In this document: positions 33,580 to 36,195 of the stretch, one piece after another
How positions within the stretch are numbered: position 1 is the stretch's first letter
Layout: each line of letters starts with the position of its first letter
Source: Burkholderiales bacterium
GTDB taxonomy: Bacteria; Pseudomonadota; Gammaproteobacteria; Burkholderiales; SG8-41
Length of the DNA stretch: 36,195 nucleotides
Assembly: GCA_026125585.1 (NCBI GenBank)
Contig: JAHCLD010000002.1
Span: 1-36,195 of the forward strand
Direction of reading: 5' to 3'
The notes under the pieces: generated by a model
Databases searched by the model: none
What the model saw: only the letters and a program-made list of their open reading frames with translations
What the model was told of the DNA's origin: nothing
Translations under genes and position numbers: made by a program

Positions 33580-34386
33580 ATGACCGCACTGCCCAAGCTG
33601 ACCGATGCCACGCTGACACTCGACGGACGCATCGCGACATTGACCTTCAATCGCGACGACGTGCGCAACGCGCTGACCAGCACCGATCTGGTGTCGGACA
33701 TCGTCAATACGCTGCAGTGGACCGGCACTTGCCTTGACGCCTCGGTGCTGATCATCACCGGCGCCGGCAGCGCGTTTTCCGCCGGCGGCAACATCAAGAC
33801 CATGGGCGAACGCGCGAAGGCCCCGCCGCACGAACTGCAGCGCAACTACCGCACCGGCATCCAGCGCATCCCGCTGGCAATGCAGGACGCCGACATCCCG
33901 GTGATCGCCGCGGTCAACGGCCCGGCGATCGGCGCCGGCTTCGACCTCGCCAACATGTGCGACATCCGCATCGGTTCGACCGAAGCGCAGTTCGGCGAAA
34001 CCTTCGTCAATCTCGGCATCATCCCCGGCGACGGCGGCGCGTGGTTCCTGAACCGCCTGCTCGGCTACCAGCGCGCGGCGGAGCTGACGCTGACCGGGCG
34101 CATCATCAAGGCCGACGAGGCCAAGGCGCTGGGCATCCTGCTCGAAGTCACCGAGCCCGGCGAACTGATGGCCGCGGCGCAGAAGCTGGCCGGCAGGATC
34201 GCCGCCAAGCCGCCGCAGGCCGTGCGTTACGCCAAGCGCCTGCTCAAGCTGTCGCAGCGGCAGAATCTCGACGAACATCTCGACGCCTGCTCGGCCTTCC
34301 AGGCGATCTGCCACAAGACCGAAGACCACCAGGAGGCCCTGCGGGCGTTTTTCGACAAGCGCAGGGGCGAATTCAAGGGTTACTGA
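33580..34386 (+). CDS. enoyl-CoA hydratase/isomerase (crotonase) family protein
   Basis: ATG 33580 (MTALPKLTD...). Motifs FNRDDVRNAL, GAGSAFSAGGNIK and VNGPAIGAGFDLA. Confidence 0.85.
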   Translation: MTALPKLTDATLTLDGRIATLTFNRDDVRNALTSTDLVSDIVNTLQWTGTCLDASVLIITGAGSAFSAGGNIKTMGERAKAPPHELQRNYRTGIQRIPLAMQDADIPVIAAVNGPAIGAGFDLANMCDIRIGSTEAQFGETFVNLGIIPGDGGAWFLNRLLGYQRAAELTLTGRIIKADEAKALGILLEVTEPGELMAAAQKLAGRIAAKPPQAVRYAKRLLKLSQRQNLDEHLDACSAFQAICHKTEDHQEALRAFFDKRRGEFKGY

Positions 34387-35093
34387 TGCGCATCCTGCGC
34401 CGCGGCATCTGCATGCTGTTGCTGGCCGCGGTTCCGGTCCTGCCGGCGCATGCCCAGCAGAAAAAGCCGCCGGCCAAACCGCAGGACGGCGTGTTCGCGC
34501 CGCGCGACGAAGCCGCCGGCGATCCGTCATGGACGCGCTTCCGCGACCGCCTGCTGCAGGCCGTGCAGGAGCGCGACAAAAAATTCGTGCTCGGCATCGT
34601 CGCCCGCAACGTGCGCAATGGCCTGGAGCAACCGGCGGGGCACGGGGAATTCATCCGCCAGTGGGACATCGAGGCCGAGGACAGCCCGTTGTGGCGCGAA
34701 CTGCCGCGCGCATTGCATCTCGGCGCCGCCTGGTACAGCCACGAAAAAATGCCGCGCAGTCTCTGCGCGCCCTACGTGTTGCCGCGCTGGCCGAAGGATG
34801 CGGATCCCCACGACCACGGCGCGATCACCGCGAGGGAAACCGCGCTGCGCGCCGGCCCCTCGGGCAGCGTGGAGATTCTCGCCAATCTCGGCTATTCCAT
34901 CGTCCGCGTCGTCGACTGGGAAGTTGCCGACAGCGATGCCGACAACCGGCAAAAATGGGTGAAGATCAGGGCCGGAGAGCGAGAAGGCTTCATTCCCGAG
35001 GAGCATATCCGCAGCCCGCTTGAACACCTGGCCTGCTTCCGCAAGGGCGAGGGCGGCTGGCGGCTGACTTCCTTCCTGGCCGCCGGCGAATGA
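34386..35093 (+). CDS. exported hypothetical protein with a C-terminal bacterial SH3-like domain
   Basis: The ATG overlaps the upstream TGA by 1 nt. Signal peptide MRILRRGICMLLLAAVPVLPAHA. SH3_3-like segment ALRAGPSGSVEILANLGYSIVRVV...WVKIRAGEREGFIPEEHI. Confidence 0.55.
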   Translation: MRILRRGICMLLLAAVPVLPAHAQQKKPPAKPQDGVFAPRDEAAGDPSWTRFRDRLLQAVQERDKKFVLGIVARNVRNGLEQPAGHGEFIRQWDIEAEDSPLWRELPRALHLGAAWYSHEKMPRSLCAPYVLPRWPKDADPHDHGAITARETALRAGPSGSVEILANLGYSIVRVVDWEVADSDADNRQKWVKIRAGEREGFIPEEHIRSPLEHLACFRKGEGGWRLTSFLAAGE

Positions 35094-35105
35094 GATGAAG
35101 GCTCC

Positions 35106-36083
35106 ATGCGCCGGGTCCTGCTTGCCGCGGCGCTGCTGATGGCCGCAGGCGGCGTGGCAGGCCTCGACCTGCAGGGTCATCGCGGCGCCCGCGGCCTGTT
35201 GCCGGAAAACACGCTGCCGGCCTTCGCCCGCGCGCTTGCCATCGGCGTCACCACGCTGGAGCTGGACGCCGCGATCACCCGCGACGGCGTGGTCGTGGTC
35301 AGCCACGACGCCACCCTGAATCCGGACATCACGCGCGGCCCTGGCGGCGGATGGATCACCCGCGGCGATCTCGCCATCCATGCGCTGACCTGGCAGGAGC
35401 TGCAGTCTTACGACGTCGGGCGCATCCGTCCGCAGACGGCCTATGCGCAACGCTTCCCTGAACAGCGACCGGTCGATGGCAGCCGCATTCCGCGGTTGGC
35501 CGAGGTATTTGAGCTGGCGCACCGCGCGGGCAACAACAGCGTGCGCTTCAACATCGAAACCAAGATCTCGCCGGAGCAGTCGCGGCTGACCGCGTCGCCC
35601 GAGGTTTTTGCGCGGACGCTGATCGGATTGATCCGTTCGGAAAATCTGGAATCCCGGGTCACGATACAGTCCTTCGACTGGCGCACGCTGCAGGTGGTGC
35701 AGCGCGAAGCCCCGCGCATTGCCACGGTATATCTGACCGCGCAGCAACCTTGGCTCGACAACATTCGCGCGCACGATGTTTCATCGCCATGGACGGCCGG
35801 CCTTCATGTCGGCAATCACGGCCGCTCGGTGCCGCGGATGGTCAAGGCGGCGGGCGCCGCCGCATGGTCGCCTCATTTCGGCGACCTGACCCGCGGGCAG
35901 TTGCGCGAGGCCCGTCAGCTGGGCCTGAAGGTGATCGTGTGGACCGTCAACGACGAAGCCGACATCGCACGGATGATCGACTGGGGCGTCGACGGCATCA
36001 TTTCCGATTATCCCGACCGTCTGCGCCGGCTTGCCGCCGGACGCGGACTGGCACTGCCGCCCGCGACGCCGGTCGCGCCCTGA
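35106..36083 (+). CDS. glycerophosphodiester phosphodiesterase family protein (periplasmic, GlpQ-like)
   Basis: Signal peptide, then LQGHRGARGLLPENTLPAF, LELDAAITRDGVVVVSHD and VWTVND motifs. Confidence 0.85.
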   Translation: MRRVLLAAALLMAAGGVAGLDLQGHRGARGLLPENTLPAFARALAIGVTTLELDAAITRDGVVVVSHDATLNPDITRGPGGGWITRGDLAIHALTWQELQSYDVGRIRPQTAYAQRFPEQRPVDGSRIPRLAEVFELAHRAGNNSVRFNIETKISPEQSRLTASPEVFARTLIGLIRSENLESRVTIQSFDWRTLQVVQREAPRIATVYLTAQQPWLDNIRAHDVSSPWTAGLHVGNHGRSVPRMVKAAGAAAWSPHFGDLTRGQLREARQLGLKVIVWTVNDEADIARMIDWGVDGIISDYPDRLRRLAAGRGLALPPATPVAP

Positions 36084-36088
36084 CCCGC

Positions 36089-36195
36089 CTACAGGCTGCC
36101 GTAGGAGTGCAGCCCCGACAGGAACATGTTGACGCCGATGAAGGCGAAGGTCGTCACGAAAAGCCCGACGATCGCCCACCAGGCCAGGATCGGTC
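36089..36195 (-). CDS. ccsA: 3' end of the cytochrome c biogenesis protein CcsA/ResC gene (partial; continues beyond the window)
   Basis: The - strand translation ends ...PILAWWAIVGLFVTTFAFIGVNMFLSGLHSYGSL*. The GVN...GLHSYGS terminus is characteristic of CcsA proteins. Confidence 0.6.
   Translation of the reverse strand, partial: PILAWWAIVGLFVTTFAFIGVNMFLSGLHSYGSL

Noticed and set aside
1-36195. Search for CRISPR arrays, tRNA/rRNA genes, toxin-antitoxin pairs, restriction or other defence genes, and prophage or IS elements
   Set aside because: I saw no regularly spaced direct repeats, no cloverleaf-like or rRNA-like conserved stretches, and no ORF with nuclease, integrase, transposase or phage-structural motifs. 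The window reads as core or accessory metabolism only.

Overview
GC-rich bacterial chromosomal window, gene-dense and almost entirely metabolic or transport. The many TctC/Bug-type periplasmic binding proteins suggest a betaproteobacterium of the Burkholderiales/Rhodocyclales type; this is inference. No rRNA, tRNA, CRISPR array, transposase, integrase or phage gene was recognised.

Left part, mostly + strand:
- a histidine phosphatase
- an isocitrate-lyase/PEP-mutase-family lyase followed by a LeuC/LeuD-type dehydratase pair
- corA and a TIGR03862-type flavoprotein
- dapE (- strand)
- a D-2-hydroxyacid dehydrogenase, two TctC/Bug binding proteins, a crotonase and an EamA/DMT transporter

A short - strand group follows: hotdog thioesterase, a small unknown protein, and a glutaredoxin with a Tat-like signal.

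The main feature is a roughly 19-kb run of 16 co-directional - strand genes (13860-32637), expressed divergently from a GntR/FadR-type regulator (32781-33491). It contains:
- a 73-aa biotin-carrier-like protein
- one biotin carboxylase
- three carboxyltransferase paralogs, one of them frameshifted
- two family-III (CaiB/BaiF) CoA-transferases
- a split ADP-forming acyl-CoA synthetase
- an Fe-type alcohol dehydrogenase and a 3-hydroxyisobutyrate-dehydrogenase-like reductase
- five TctC/Bug binding proteins, with no TctA/TctB membrane genes

Right end: a second crotonase, an exported SH3-like protein, a periplasmic glycerophosphodiesterase and the 3' end of ccsA.

Points most worth a second look:
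- The carrier protein reads ESMIME where the biotinyl-lysine motif E(A/S)MKM is expected.
- The middle carboxyltransferase has lost one nucleotide at a conserved Pro codon.
- A 21-bp perfect inverted repeat with a nested hairpin lies between that gene and the biotin carboxylase.
- An AT-rich sequence family recurs through the window. Two 25-bp perfect copies lie in inverted orientation 10.3 kb apart, and degenerate copies sit at gene junctions of the carboxylase cluster, one of them inside coding sequence.
- Back-to-back TTGACA promoters overlap repeated ATTGTTG(T/A)CAA boxes next to the GntR gene.
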